Shown one piece after another: positions 35,590-49,199 of a DNA stretch of 64,000 nucleotides. The translations under genes were made by a program, and so were the position numbers. Source of the DNA: Squalus acanthias (taxonomy: Eukaryota). Below the pieces are notes generated by a model that made no database searches, was not told the DNA's origin, and worked only from the letters and a program-made list of their open reading frames with translations. Where the stretch lies: positions 3,102,001-3,166,000 of the forward strand of contig JASTWF010000033.1 in assembly GCA_030390025.1 (NCBI GenBank). The letters are read 5' to 3'. The first letter of the stretch is position 1; each line of letters begins with the position of its first letter.

Positions 35590-38500
35590 TGAATCATAGA
35601 AAAACTGCAACACAGAAGAAAGCCATTCGGTCCATCGTGTCCGTCAGAAAAGAGCTCCCCAGCCTAATCCCACTTTCCAGCGCTAGGTCCGTAGCCCTGT
35701 AGGTTACGGCTCTTCATGTGCATATCCAAGTACTTTTTCAATGTGATGAGGGTCTCTGCCTCTACAACACTTAAGGCAGTGAGTTCCAGACACCCACCAC
35801 CCTCTGGTTGACATTTTTCACCTCAGCTCACTTCTAACCCAACTACCAACTGCTTTAAATCTATGCCGCCTGCTTCGTCACCTCTCCGCTAAGGGAAATA
35901 GGTCCTTTCTATCCACTCTATCTCGGCCCCTCATAATTTTATACATCTTAATTAAATCTCCCCTCAGCATCCTCTGTTCCAAGGAACACAACCCCAGCCT
36001 ATCCAATCTTTCCTCATAGCTAAAATTTTCCAGTTCTGGCAACATCCTCGTAAATCTCCTGTGCACCCTCTCCTGTGCAATCACATCCTTCCAGTAATGT
36101 GGTGACCAGAACGGCACGCAGTGCTCTAGCTGTGGCCTAACCAGTGTTGTATACAGTTCTAGCATCACCTCCTTGCTGTTATATTCTAGGCCTCGGCTAA
36201 TAAAGCAAAGCATTCCGTATGCCTTTTTAATTACTTTGTCGACCTGTCCTGCTACCTTTAAGCATCTGTGGACATGCACTCCAAGGTCCCTCTGTTCCTC
36301 TACACCTCTCAGTATCCTCCCATTAATTGTGTATTCCCTTGCCTTGTTGCTCCTCCCCAAATGCATTACCTCACACTTTTCCGGATTGAATTCCATTTGC
36401 CACTTTTCTGCCCAATTGACTAGTTCATCGATATCTTCCTGCAGTCTAAAGCTTTCCTTCTCACTGTCAATCACACGGCCAATTTTTGTATCATCTGCAA
36501 ATTTCTTATCATGCCCCCCCATTTAATTCTAAATCATTAATATATGCAACAAAAAGTAAGGGACCGAGTAGTGAGCCCTGTAGAACCCCACTGGAAACAG
36601 CCTTCCAGTCGCAAAAAAACCCTAAAACATTACCATTTGCTTCCTGCCACTGAGGCAACTTTGGATCCAATTTGCCACTCTCCCTTGGATCCCATGGGCT
36701 TTAACTTTATTGATCAGCCTGCTATGTGGGACCTTGTCAAAGGCCTTGCTAAAATCCATGTAGACTACACAACCGCACTGCCCTCATCTACCCTTCTTCG
36801 TACCTCCTCAAATAATTCAATCAACTTAGTCAGACATGACTATCGCTTCACAAAACCATACTGACTGTCCTTGATTAATCTGTGTCTTTCTAAATGAAGG
36901 TTTATACTGTCCCTCAGAATTGATTCCAGTAATTTTACAAAGATTAAACTAACTGGCCTGTAATTGCTCGGTTTATCCCTTCCTCTCTTTTAAAAACAAT
37001 GGTACACGTTCGCAGTTCTCCAAACCTCTGACACCACTCCTGTAGCCAGGGAGGACTGGCGAATGATGGTCAGAGCATCCGCAATTCACTCCCTTGCTTA
37101 TTTTAAGAGCCTTGGATATATTTCAACCGGCCCTGGCGATTAATCTACTTCCAATGATGCTAAACCCCTTAATAATTCTTCTCTTACTGTGTTTATCCCG
37201 TCCAATAATTCACTATCTTCCTCTTTAACTTCAGTATCGGCAGCGTCCTCCTCTTGAATACAGCTGCAAAGTTTTCATTAAGTAGCTTCCCCACATCCTC
37301 CGCCTCCATACATAGATCGCCATTTTGGTCCCTGATAGGCCCGACTCTTTCGTTAGCTATCCTCTTGCTCTTTATGTAATTATAAAAGATCTTTGGATTT
37401 TCTTTGATTCTACTAGCCAGTATTTTCTCATGCCCTCTTTTTACTTCCCTAATTTCCTTCTTAAATTTCAACCCTACACTTTCTACACTCTTCTAGGCTT
37501 TCTGTATTATTGAGCTCACGATATCTGATATAGACTTCCTTTCTTTGCATTATCTTACACTGTATACACCTTGTGATCCAGGCGGCTCTAAAATTGCCAA
37601 TTCTGCCCTTTTTCTGTGTGGGAACATTTTTACCCTGAACTCCATGTATCTCCCTCTTGAATGCCTCCCACTGCTCTGATACTTATTTACATTCAATTAA
37701 CTGTTTCCCCTGCATTTTTGCTAAATCACTTCTCAACCATTGGCCTTCCCCAATTTAGAAACATTACTCCTGATTTTTCTTTGTCCTTTTCCATTATTAG
37801 GCGAAACATATCTGAATAATGATCACGACCAAAAATGAATTCCGTGCCCTCTATACCTTTTACACTGGTAGTATCCCAGTTAATATTGGGATAATTGAAA
37901 TCTGAAACTACTACTGCCCTATTTTTTTTGCACTTGTCAGAAATTTGCCTACAAATTACTCCTCTCTCTCCATCGGACTGTTTGGGGCTCTATAATCCAC
38001 TCCCAGCCGTGTGATTGCCCGTTTTTTGTTCTTTAGTTCAGCCCATATGGCGTCATTTGATGATCCTTCGAACAATTCATCAGTGTTCACAACTGAAATT
38101 GTCTCTTTAATCAATACTGCGACCCCTTCCTTTTTAACCCCTCTTTATCTCGCCTGAAGACCCTGTAAACAGGAATGTTGAGCTGCCAGTCCTTCTTTCA
38201 GCCATGTCTCAGTAATAGCCAAAATATCATACTCCCACGTGTTTATCTGTGCCCTGAGCTCATTTCCCTTATTTCCCAGACTCCTTGCATTCAAGTATAT
38301 AGCATTTAGCATTGCCAAACTGCATTGTTGTCTATTTCCTAGCCCTTGTTTCCTCTGCCTTCCAAACTCGTTAACTAATTTTCTGCCCTCCATTTTCAGC
38401 TTTGATCCCCGCCAATCTGAAAAAACTCTCAGGTTGCCACCCCCATGCCAAGCTAGTTTAAACCTTCCCCAACAGCACTAGCAACCCCCCACCCCCACGC

Positions 38501-38630
38501 AGCGAGGATATTGGTCCCGCCTCTGTTAATGTGTTAACAGTCCGGCTTGTAGAGGTCCCCCCCCGCCAGCAACGGGCCCAATGCCTCAGGAATCTAAAGC
38601 CCTCCCTACTGCATCATCTCTCCAGCCAAT
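35590..38630 (-). mobile_element. Long decayed CR1: ORF1 C-terminus, APE endonuclease, RT, tail
   Basis: YLNARSL..AITETWL (APE); KFADDTK; ORF1-like GFRFLRHW..SAVGEGLN near 38460-38620. Confidence 0.9.
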
Positions 38631-38838
38631 ATAATAGCGTTAAAAAAGGACCAGCCAACTGTGCAACTGCCACCAGATTCACCAACTCAGCTTCTGACCA
38701 GTGAGGGAGAGCGTCAGTGGGACAAGAGACCGACTCCCCATCCGCTATTCAACGGTTTGTACACGAACAATTAACACAAACAATTCCATATAGTTTAAGG
38801 AATTAATATTAATCATTTTTATATTTTCGTGGTTTCAG

Positions 38839-39112
38839 CACTATCTCAGGAAGGTGGACAGAGAGAGAAGTCGAATCAACACCACATTAACTGGGACCGG
38901 AGAAATTTAATTGGGTTCACAGAAAAGATCTGGTGGTAAAATGACCCCCGTGTCAAAGACGGGATAAAACAGGAAGCTTCAGCAATGATTGGAAGGATGA
39001 GGAACTTTCCCTGAGAATCCAATCAGTCCAGGATTTTGCCGAGGTGACAGTCGAACCCGCTATCGGCAGTTGGTCAACATTTGCCGTAAGGCTCGGTCTT
39101 TGATGCGGCAAT
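38839..39112 (+). pseudogene. Decayed ~270-nt exon-like segment, possibly MHC class II beta1-like (copy 1)
   Basis: TTTCAG acceptor; ends LMRQ+T|GTGAC; homologous to 40115-40382. Confidence 0.3.
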
Positions 39113-39194
39113 GTGACTGTGGATTCACTCACAAGCGAATCTTGCCCATACCCCACCTGGGAGAGCTTGAAAATTACAAGCACGTGGAATTTTA

Positions 39195-39625
39195 TCCTGT
39201 ATCCATACCGTGCTGTACCTGAGTTAGTTTGCTTCATTGGATAGTGTCAGAGGAGGTTTACGCTGCATTGACCACATGCTGTATCTGAGTTGAAAGTTCT
39301 TGCTGTACCAAAATATAGCGAGATTTACACTGTATTTACCCCCTGCTGGACCTGCCCTGGTAGTATTTGACAGAGCAGTAGAAAGGAAGCTTAATACCGT
39401 ATCTAACCCGTGCTGTACCTGTCCTGGGAGTATATGATAGGACAGTGTAGAGGGAGCTTTACTCTGTAGCTAGCCCGTCATGTACCTTCCCTAGGAGTGT
39501 TTGATGGGACGGTGTATATGGAGCTTTACTCTGTATCTAACCCATGCCGTACCTGCCCTGTGAGTGTTTGATAGTACAGCGTTGAGTGAAATTTACCCTA
39601 TATCTTACGGGTACTGTTTCTAACC
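39195..39625. repeat. Degenerate ~65-bp satellite (CCGTGCTGTACCTG..GGAGCTTTACTCTGTATCTAAC)
   Basis: About 6-7 diverged units. Confidence 0.8.
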
Positions 39626-40114
39626 ACTGATGATCCCTCCACTTATTGTCTCTGATGCTTTGAGCGTGGTCGGAGTCAGGACTGATTGTACAACCTGTGT
39701 TCATGCCCAGTGAGACTGTGCACCAGGAGCAGAGACTGGCCTTGTGACCCTGTGACACCTCGACTGGGCGAAGCTCCGGCTGCTTTGTGACATTACTACT
39801 GGCAGCTGTATGATTGTCTCCTCTCTCCTTTGTGATATCATATGGAGGCAGGTTTCCGCCCCTGGTTAATCACCATCAGTGGAATGTTACTGTGGCGGAG
39901 CTGGATTTAGCAGCAGGTATTGTGAGTGAGTATAGTCCCTATAAATAGGGGGAAACAAAAGAACCATTTAACATTAAAATAATTAATTCAAACATCTTGT
40001 AAATATTTCAAAATAAAACCTATTAATATTCACAAAAATAGTCCAATTGTTTTCCCGTAACAGATTCTATAATTAAGATGAATCATGTTTATCTTTAAAG
40101 TTTCTTTGATTCAT

Positions 40115-40382
40115 CAGTATCCCAGGAAGGTGGATAGACAGAAGTCGAATCATCACTACACTAACTGGGACTGGAGAGAGGTCGCTCGGTTCTTAGAGAA
40201 GATCTGGTGGGACCAAGACCCACAGTGTCGAAGTACGGAAACGGGAAGTTTCATCAATGATTGGAAATGTGAGGAGCTTTACTAAGAAACCCTTCTACGA
40301 TGATTTTGCGGAGGTGAAAGTCTAGCAAGCTATTGGGAGAAGTTTAGCATCTGGCATAAAACTCGACCTTTGATGCGGCAAA
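40115..40382 (+). pseudogene. Decayed exon-like segment, possibly MHC class II beta1-like (copy 2)
   Basis: QKSN.HYTN/GTGER/VARFLEKIWWDQD../KYGNGKF../LMRQ across frames; splice sites mutated. Confidence 0.33.
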
Positions 40383-40651
40383 TTGACTGGTGATTAACTG
40401 GTCTGTAAAGTTAGTCAATATCTCTAGTTCGTGACCCACTCCCCAGAGGGAATGTTTTTTCTCTTTCTACTCTATCAAACCTCACATCATCTGAAAACCT
40501 CCATTAGACCTCCTCTTAGCTTCTCTGTTCCACGGATAATATTCCTAACCTTGCCAAATTATCCTCATATCTGAAGTCCCGCATCCCTGGTAACATCCTG
40601 GTAAACCTGCTCTGTTCCCTTTCTAAGACCTTTACATCCTTCCTGAAGTGT

Positions 40652-41062
40652 TGTAGCTTTTAAAAGCTCTTTATAATAATTTGTCCATGACTCCACAAAC
40701 CACTCTGGGTCCAACTATATTGTGTATAAATAAAACAGGGTTATTAAGCATTAAACATCCAGTACAAAGAAGTAATACTTAACAAGAATATATTTGCAAT
40801 CTGTTCATTGAACCACGGCGTTCTTTCCGAGTGACTGTGGTGCGATGTCTTTATTCTCTTGCTGTGTTCTGTTGACTGAAGCTTCTCATCCTTTGATTTC
40901 ACACGCTGCTTTCGGTGTTCAATATCTACATTTTTATACCCAATTTCCTCCCGTTTTGCCCAAGTGGCAGTAATTAGCTCTCTGACACCTGGTAAATGTC
41001 CCTCCTTTACTTGTCAGTCATCTTATGACCTTGTTAATCCCACTAGGTCTCTTTCTGTGTAT
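40652..41062 (-). mobile_element. Possible LTR fragment (TATA/R/U5 side) of another family
   Basis: Abrupt TGTAG boundary interrupting a CR1 remnant; minus-strand TATAAAA near 40935 and AATAAA near 40852. Confidence 0.4.
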
Positions 41063-42842
41063 AAACATAGAAACAGAAACATAGAAACTAGGTGCAGGAG
41101 TAGACCATTCGGTCCTTCGAGCCTGCATCGCCATTCAATGCGTTCATGGCTGAACATGCTACCTCAGTACCCCATTCCTGCTTTCTCGCCATACCCCTTG
41201 ATCGCCCTAGTTGTGAGTGTTATATCTAACTCCCTTTTGAATATATTTAGCGAACTGGTTTCAACAACCTTCTGTGGTAGAGAATTTCACAGATTCAGCA
41301 CTCTCTGGGTGAAGAAGTTCCTCCTCATCTCAGTCTTAAATGGCTTCCCCTTTACCCTTAGATTGTGACCCCTGGTTTTTGTTTTCCCTAACATTGGAAA
41401 CATTCTGCCCGCATCTAATTTGTCTAAACCAGTCAGGATTTTAAACGTCTCTATAAGATCCCCCCTCATTCTTCTGAACTCCAGAGGATAAAAGTTCAGC
41501 TGATCCAGTCTTTCTTGATATGTCAGTCTGGCCATCCCAGGAATCAATCTAGTGAACCTTCGTTGCACTCCCTCAATAGCAAGAATGTCCTTCCTCAAGT
41601 TAGGAGACCAAAATTGAACACAATACTCCTGGTGTGGCCTCACCAAGGCCCTGTACAACTGTAGCATCACCTCCCTACTCCTGTACTAAAATCACCTTGC
41701 TATGAAGGCCATCACGCCATTTGCTTTCTTGACTGCCTGCTGCACTTGCATTCCCACCTTCAGTGACTGATGTACCATGACGCCTAGGTCTCGTTGCACC
41801 TCCCCTTTCCCTAATCTGCCACCATTCAGGTAATAGTCTGCCTCCCTATTTTTACCACGAAAGTGGATAACCTCACATTTATCCACATTGTACTTCATCT
41901 GCCATACATTTGCCCATTCACCCAACCTGTCCAAGTCACTCTGTAGCCTCCTAGCATCCTCCTCATTGTTCACACTGCCTCCCAATTTAGTGTCAACCGC
42001 AAATTTGGAGATATTACAATTAATCCCTTCGTCCAATCATTAATATATAATGTAAACTGCTGGGGCCCCAGCACCGAACCCTGCGGTAACCCGCTGGTCA
42101 CTGCCTGCCATTCTGAAAAGTACCCATTTACTCCTACTCTTTGCTTACTGTGTGTCAACCAGTTCTCAATCCACGTCAACACATTACCCCCAAACCCATG
42201 TGCTTCAACTTTGCACACCAATCTCTTGTGTGGGACCTTGTCGAAGGCCTTCTGAAAGTCCAAATACACCACATCTACTGGTTCCCCCGCCCCCCCCCCC
42301 CCGTCCACCCTGTTGGAAACATCCTCAAAAAATTCCAGAAGATTTGTCAAGCATGATTTCCCTTTCACAAATACATGCTGACTTGGACCTATCATGTCAC
42401 CACTCTCCAAATGGTCTGTTATGAAATCTTTAACAATTGATTCCATCATTTTACCCACCACCGATGTCAGGCTGACCGGTCTATAATTCCCTGCTTTCTC
42501 CCTCCCTCCTTTTTTAAAAAGAGGGGTTACATTAGCAACCCTCCACTCCTTCGGAATTGATCCAGAGTCTAAGGAATGTTGGAAAATGATCGTCAATGCA
42601 TCCACTATTACCAAGGCCACCTCCTTCAGTACTCTGGGATGCAGACCATCAGGCCCTGGGGATTTATCAGCCTTCAGTCCCATCAATTTCCCCAACACCT
42701 TTTCCCGACTGATAAGGATTTCCCTCAGCTCCTCCCTCTTACCAGATCCTTTGATCTCTTTTATTTCCGGAAGGTTGTTTGTGTCCTCCACAGTAAACAC
42801 CGAACCAAAGTACTTGTTCAATTGATCTGCCATTTCTTTGTT
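41063..42842 (-). mobile_element. 5'-truncated CR1 LINE
   Basis: CATAGAAA tail; RT motifs; C-run expansion at ~42283-42302. Confidence 0.95.
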
Positions 42843-43075
42843 CAGACAGCTTGATTGGGCCCCAATACCAAAAGCTGTCCACTGCCTGGCCACGCCCCTC
42901 CGCAGCCTGTCTGCGTCTGTGAAAGTTGTCTTTCCCCACAATAAGATTCAAAAAGTCATTTTCCTCGGGGTTTTTCTTCCTTGATCTTTAAAAATGTCCA
43001 AAACTGAGGTTTTTACTTCAAATCACTTCACTTAGGGTTCTGTTCGAGTTTCTGGGGGATTTTGCGAAGCCTACA
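42843..43075 (-). repeat. Partial LTR (U3 start) of the provirus 2 family
   Basis: Homologous to ~44193-44437; terminus TGTAGGCTTCGCAAAAT at 43075; no adjacent PPT. Confidence 0.88.
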
Positions 43076-43243
43076 ATTTCAGTATCTCATTCTTTTACTT
43101 TGCGGCCTAAAGCAACAGGCTTTCTATTCTGCATCTTGCCTTTTGATTTCAAGTCTCTCTCTCTCACTGACTGTCTGTCTGCCCCTCTCTCACTCACACA
43201 CACTTCCTCCCACCCACATTGAACTAAAATTTACAGTGACATG

Positions 43244-44437
43244 TGTAAGGGGTATCGTAATCGCTCCCACACCCCTCCGGTTCCTGGACTTTGGAATTAT
43301 TTAGGGGTTATGAACACAATTGCAGTAAACGACAGGTTCTGATGAAAGAATTTTACTTCATTAAAAGAAAAAGGTAACAAACTTGAAACACACGTATTAC
43401 TTAAAACACAGATGGGGAGCACACGGTACAAGCGAGGGAAATGACAATATATCAAACAAAACCTTATCCTTCCTAAAGATCCCACTATCTAGCTCGGTTT
43501 TTGTTTTCAGGAGATCGGGGATAATGCTCACCAACGAATCCTTGACGGATTTTTTACAGTCTTTTGTTTAAAAGACTCCGCAAGGCCCTTGTTGCTGCGA
43601 AGTGTCCGAAAGTCACTGAGGCAGTCGCTCTGGTTTCTTCTTGCGTGCTGGTCTGTTTTCTGGCCTTCTTCCTCGTGGCTTGTGGTAGGTTTTGCTGGAG
43701 CAGGGAGAGAGCTGTGTACGCCTGGTCAGCCAGTCCGAAAGAGAGAGAGATTATGGCCCAGGCTTTCAAGTTATACTGTTTCTTTTCCACGCCCAAAAAA
43801 CACTTCCTGAAACGGATTCCTTTTGGTTGCAAATGAACCTTGCTTAGTCCAATTGTCTAGTTTTGGCGGGCTTGCCAGTTCCGATGGCTTTTGCTCAGTG
43901 TTAAACATGGCTTGATCGTATTCCTATTTAAACACAGCCTTATCTACGCGCCAAATCTCCACCCTATTGTCCTAGGTCTGTTGGCGGGCTTTTAAAACTG
44001 TTCAGTGGATACCTGGTGATTGGTTTTTTTGATGGGATAATGGCTATGAAACTGTGTGATCGAAATTTTATTGTCAGGAATCGTTTTTAGATTTCCAGCC
44101 TCTTTTTTGCCCCTGGGAATTCATATTTGAATGTGTTTGTGAGTTTTTGCTTTGTCTCTTGCACCTTGGTAGGATTCGCAGTGTAAACAATTCCCAGACA
44201 GCTTGATCTGTTCACTGCCCGGCCACGACCCTCGAAGCTTGTGTCTGTGAAAGGTGTCTCTCCCAACAGTAAGATTCAAAAAGTCAGTTTCCTCAGGTTG
44301 TTTTCTTCCCTGATCTTTAGGTTTTTACATCAAATAACTTCACTTAGGCCCCATCATCCCAAGATTGTATGAAAAGTCCAAAAATCACTCCCTTTAGGGC
44401 TCTGTTCGAGTTTCTGGGGGATTTTGCGAAGCCTACA
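43244..44437 (-). repeat. 3' LTR of provirus 2 (1194 bp)
   Basis: Minus strand TGTAGGCTTCGCAAAAT...CCCCTTACA; preceded by PPT AAAGTGGGGGA (44448-44438). Confidence 0.88.
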
Positions 44438-44751
44438 TCCCCCACTTTGATACTATAACTGAATTAGTATCATTAACAGGTGAGCAAAATTTCCGGTCCC
44501 CGAAAACCAACCTTCCCCTGTATTACCTAAACTAAAAACCCAAACATTCATTCCTCTTTTGAAAGTGGTGTTTCAGGTACATACAGGTAAGAATCAATCT
44601 TTATTTCACATCCAAGCACGGAGAGGGTCCGACACCCCTGCACAGCTTTTAAAAAACACATCATACACATCATAAAAGTGACACAACACATATACAACAT
44701 TTTTTATTAAACGACAAAATTCAAGGTTCGTTCCATTCCTGGCCATAGCCT

Positions 44752-47062
44752 TTATTTTGAAGCACTTCCCAAGTCCCTTCGTGTCTGGAGCAGTGCTCCC
44801 CGTCCCTTCCCCTGCACTTTGTACACAGCAGGTAGAGAACTATCCCGAGCTGGCAGACCACCAAAAGAGCGTGAAGCCATCCTGATCCAGGAAGGCACCT
44901 CTATATTCTCGAAAATATACCACCAGGGTGGAACTACTATATCCAAAATTTCTGCCCCTATTTCAACTGTTTTCTGTTCCAGGGTGTAGAAATGTTTTTG
45001 TGAAATCTCTACAGATTTAAGCAGGATGGTAAGATGTTCGTTTAGAGGGGGAATTTTATATCCAAAGTAAGTCACATACTTTTGCAGGTTGGTGATGTTT
45101 TCTGTTACAGTGAGGTGAACAGTGGAGGGGTCAGGAATGGGGACAATCCGTTCCTGGGCCACTTGAAATTCTTCCTCGGGTTTAAAGCAGAAACTGCTGT
45201 CACTTACCGGACACCAGAAGTGTCCATGCTGGTAGTGGGACGCACCTGTGGTGACACAATATGCCCAACCCCCTATATATGCAACCTGTGGGGAAACATG
45301 GCCGTGTGCCATCACCTCCGTGGTACAGTTGATCGGTCGTGCGTCAGCAGCTTTAAACCCGCACTGTGGTTTCGAATAGGCGTTCAAGTGCTGGGGACAC
45401 AGTATTATGCGTAAACCCCGGCTCCGCAACCCGGAGAGGTCAGTCCCTGTCATGGCGTGCACCTACTTTATGACATAAGGTGGGACCGCTGTAAAACGGA
45501 TGTGTGCACCCCCTTGAATGACTCCAATGTTCTCCACCCTGTATACCGGTACGGGTCGGGCTGTCCCACTCATGACCGGCATTCTCACTACTATCCCCAT
45601 GATAGTGTGATTTGAACGCCCACAATCTATTGGGACAAGGTAAGCTTCAGAGGCTAGAAGAAATTGGCATGGGCTTAGCGAATTACTAAACGGGTGGAGG
45701 GCTTCGAGGTGCTTGTTGCTGATCCAGGAGGGGACAAAACCTTGCTTTAAATCCTCCAGGTTGCTACTGCCCTCGCCCAGCAACCATGCCCCGTACAGCA
45801 CACACACCTCATTCTGTGCAGCCTGATCCGGTGCATTCATATCCTCCCGCATGTGTGCATTTACTGTTTTGGCATGCCTTTCCAATTCTGCAATAATTTC
45901 CTTTAAATGAACCGTCAAAGCTTGGTCCTCATGTAGCTCTGAGCCAACCACTGTGTTCCCATCGTTCAGGATCTTTCTTAACTGGGTTTTTAAACCATTT
46001 ATCTGTGTCTGTAATTCCATGTCATCCAGGCTATTTATTACAGAGGACCCTGTACTATAGGCAGTGAAGACATCATTCCAGGCTCCCCTTCTTTGTCTAC
46101 CCGTGCCCATAGGGTTCTCAGGGTGTATTCTGTATAGCTCTACCTTGTCAATATTGGCAAAATCAAATGCATAAAATGTCCTAAATATTTCCTTTAGCAG
46201 GGCCTTGTACAGCTGCTTCGTCTCCTTGGAACACCACTCAGGTAAGTATACCTCGGTAAGGTTTAATATTACTGAAGCTACTGCATAGTGTACCCACTGG
46301 TATAGTACCTTTTCGGTTGGTACTAGGACTAACCCATTCCCTGGCCCCTTAGTGTTGGTAGGGCACTTTTCTTCCTGGGTCGTGGGTAGGGGCTTTCGGG
46401 TGTGTGCCACGAGTTCAGTGGCATTAACTGGGACCGGAATGTGTGGGACCACGCACCCATGCAGGCTAGAATCCCACCCTATCACCTCCCCGGCATCTTG
46501 CCATTGGCTGGAGAAGATGATGGATACCCCTGTGGGGCAGGCTTCCTCAGATCCCCACATATAAAACATAGACTCCCTCTTCCGACTCCCACAACTTATT
46601 CCAACAAACACTAACTCCTCATTGGGTTCCTGTGATTTTCCGGTGGGTGTCGTTCCCTTATCTTTCCCACTCGGCTGTATGGTCCCCTGCTTCCCTGCTG
46701 AGCCTCCTGAGCCACCACCACCTATTCAGGGGATTTCGTCCCTTACAGGTAAGGCACAAACGCTTCCCCTCGGTGACACTGACCCTTGTGGCAACGACCT
46801 GCATTCTGGGGCATGGGAGGGAGGCCTCCCCGTACGTGAACCCGGGCTGGTTGAGGTATTTAGTAGAGTGGGACCCCAGCCACCCTGGCCATCTTCCTTC
46901 GTGGAAGTAGATGTCGAGCTCCTCCACTCCCCGCTCGCCACCCCCTGCGGTAACGACTGGTGCTCTCACTGCTGAGCACCCATAGATGTGGGAGTCCTCC
47001 ACGTCACCTCGGTCACCGAAGCTCACCCCTACCAGGGCGAGCAGGAGCAGAAACCTTGTCAT
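44752..47062 (-). pseudogene. env: env of provirus 2
   Basis: ATG 47062 MTRFLLLLALVGVSFG; VSVTEGKRLCLTC..WWWLR; RQRR at 46098-46087; F-like Cys-rich region; stops and frameshifts; acceptor CAG at 47078-47076. Confidence 0.9.
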
Positions 47063-47174
47063 TCCGAAGTCCTTTCTGTCGGGGCACACACAAAACATAT
47101 ATCCATGTCCCAGAAAGGTTCTCTGGTTGGATAATTAATCAAGCCCTTAAACTTAAAAAAAACTCTACAAACAA

Positions 47175-49199
47175 CTAAACTAATGATAACCCATAACCAC
47201 CAAAACTGCAATTACTTAAAACCGAAAACAATCTGCACATTTGCCGCACGTCTCCGGACGGGCAGATTAAATCCTGTTTAGTCTCTGCCTTATGTGGCCT
47301 CTGGATGGCTTGTACATCTGGGGAGCAGTGCGGCCTGTACCGCCGGACCCAGAAGGCCTTCCTCAAAACCGCTGGGGGTATCTTAACATCCCAGCTGCGT
47401 CCTGTGCTGCAGCACACTACCCCCTTTGGTGTGGCTGCAGCGCCCTCGTTCATATCTGTGGGCTCCTCCCAGCCTGAGGCTGCAGGCTGGGGACACTTAT
47501 CTCTCTCTTCTCCCAGTACTACCTCTCCTGTGAAACCCTCACGGTCGGAGGCTGTAGGATGGGAATCCCCAACTTTATAACGTTCCCTGCTCTTGGGCGC
47601 TCTTCTTCGGGTTGCAACCCTCTTTGGTTGGGACCCTCTAAAAAGATACACCTGTGGCCACAGTAACCTTTGATGTGGTGTGCGGGGAGACCTTCTTAGG
47701 GCTCTGGCCACTGGGGGTGTGTTTGAGTCCCACATAATCGGTGGAGTGACATCTCCTGTGGAACAACACACTGTCCCTCCCGCTGCATGTGTGCGTCTGC
47801 CACAGCTGCGGCTCGCTGAGGATTTCTAACTTGGGTGCAGTCCACCTTTGCCGGCTGTTCCCGTTTAGGATTAAACAGTTTGCATTGGTTGATGTGAAAC
47901 CACTTTGTACGGCGGGGCATCTTTATGGCATAGACCATGGGGCTTGCCTTGTCTACAATGTTGTAGGGCCCCATGCACAATGGTTCGAAACTCCCTACCC
48001 GGGCAAAATTTCTCACCATGACCTGATCTCCAACCTCACACTCGTGGTGCTTGTTTGGTTCCAGCAGCAATCGGTTACCCCGATGCTGTTTTCCCATGTT
48101 ACTCGCAGCCTGCCAGTAGCCCTATTTAAGGTGGTCCAACAGATTCCTGACGAATCCGTCCCGGTTCACCTTCCTGAGCTGCCCTTCCGTGAGCACCGGG
48201 GCTAGCACATGGGTGGGGTCCGCATAATCCTGCCAGTCATGAGCTGGTATGGGGAATACCCCGTGCTTTTTGAGTGGCTGGCCCGGATCCCCATTAGGAC
48301 CAACGGTAACGCTTCTACCCACTTTTTGGGTGAGTCTCCCATCTCCTTTCACAGCCTTTCTTTCATGGCACGGTTTAAACGCTCCACAATCCCTGACGAC
48401 TGTGGGTTGTGGGCGACGTGCCATTTCCCTTCTATGCCGAGTACCCTGAGGGTCTCTTGCAAAACCTGCCCAGTAAGGTGACTCCCCTGGTCTGACTCCA
48501 CATACTGTGGGAGCCCCCATCGTGAGAACACTTCCCAGACCAGGATCCTGGCTGTACCCAAAGCGGTAGCTGTTCGACATGGAAAAGCTTCCACCCACTT
48601 TGAGAAGACATCCACCAAGACTAGGCAGTATTTGTAGCCTCCCTGAGCGGTGGGTAGGGGACCGATGTAGTCCACCTGCATCGACTGCCATGGTCCCTCT
48701 ACCCTCCTGATGTGTCCCATAGATACCTTCCTTTTTTGGGGTCAGGGTTGTTAGCAGCACACACCAGACAGCCTGCACAGAACGCGCAGAAATCCTCGCT
48801 CACTCCTGGCCACCATCCTGCCTGTTCCACCCGCCGCCAGGTGCTCTCTGGCCCGGGATGCCCCCCTCCTGGACCCTCAAGGGCCAGTTGGAGGAAATCC
48901 CTTCGGTGCTGCTGCGGCACTACCCATTGTTCCCTCCTGAACAGCATGCCTTCTTTGTGGTTGATGGCTGCTGCACCGTATGGGCCCTCTACCTTCTCCA
49001 CACTAGCCAGCGTTTCCAGGACAGTTTTTAGGATGGGATCCTGTGCCTGGACCGTCTTTAGGTCCGGGGTCAATGCTACCCCTGCTCTCCCTTGGGTCCC
49101 TCCTCTGCCTCAGATTGCTGCTACCGGGTTTGATCCATATGGATCCCAAAACGTGCCTGTACTGGCGCCCTCTTTGGCCAACATGTCGGCTTGGTGATT
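47175..49199 (-). pseudogene. pol: pol remnant of provirus 2 (last RNase H helix, integrase, C-terminal extension)
   Basis: NHQADMLAKEG; GHPG..CAGCLVC; VDY/SDQG/IVER; CMGPYNIV; frameshifted. Confidence 0.92.

Noticed and set aside
40652..43075. One solo LTR split by the CR1
   Set aside because: Left part does not resemble LTR2 R/U5 and the outer flanks share no TSD
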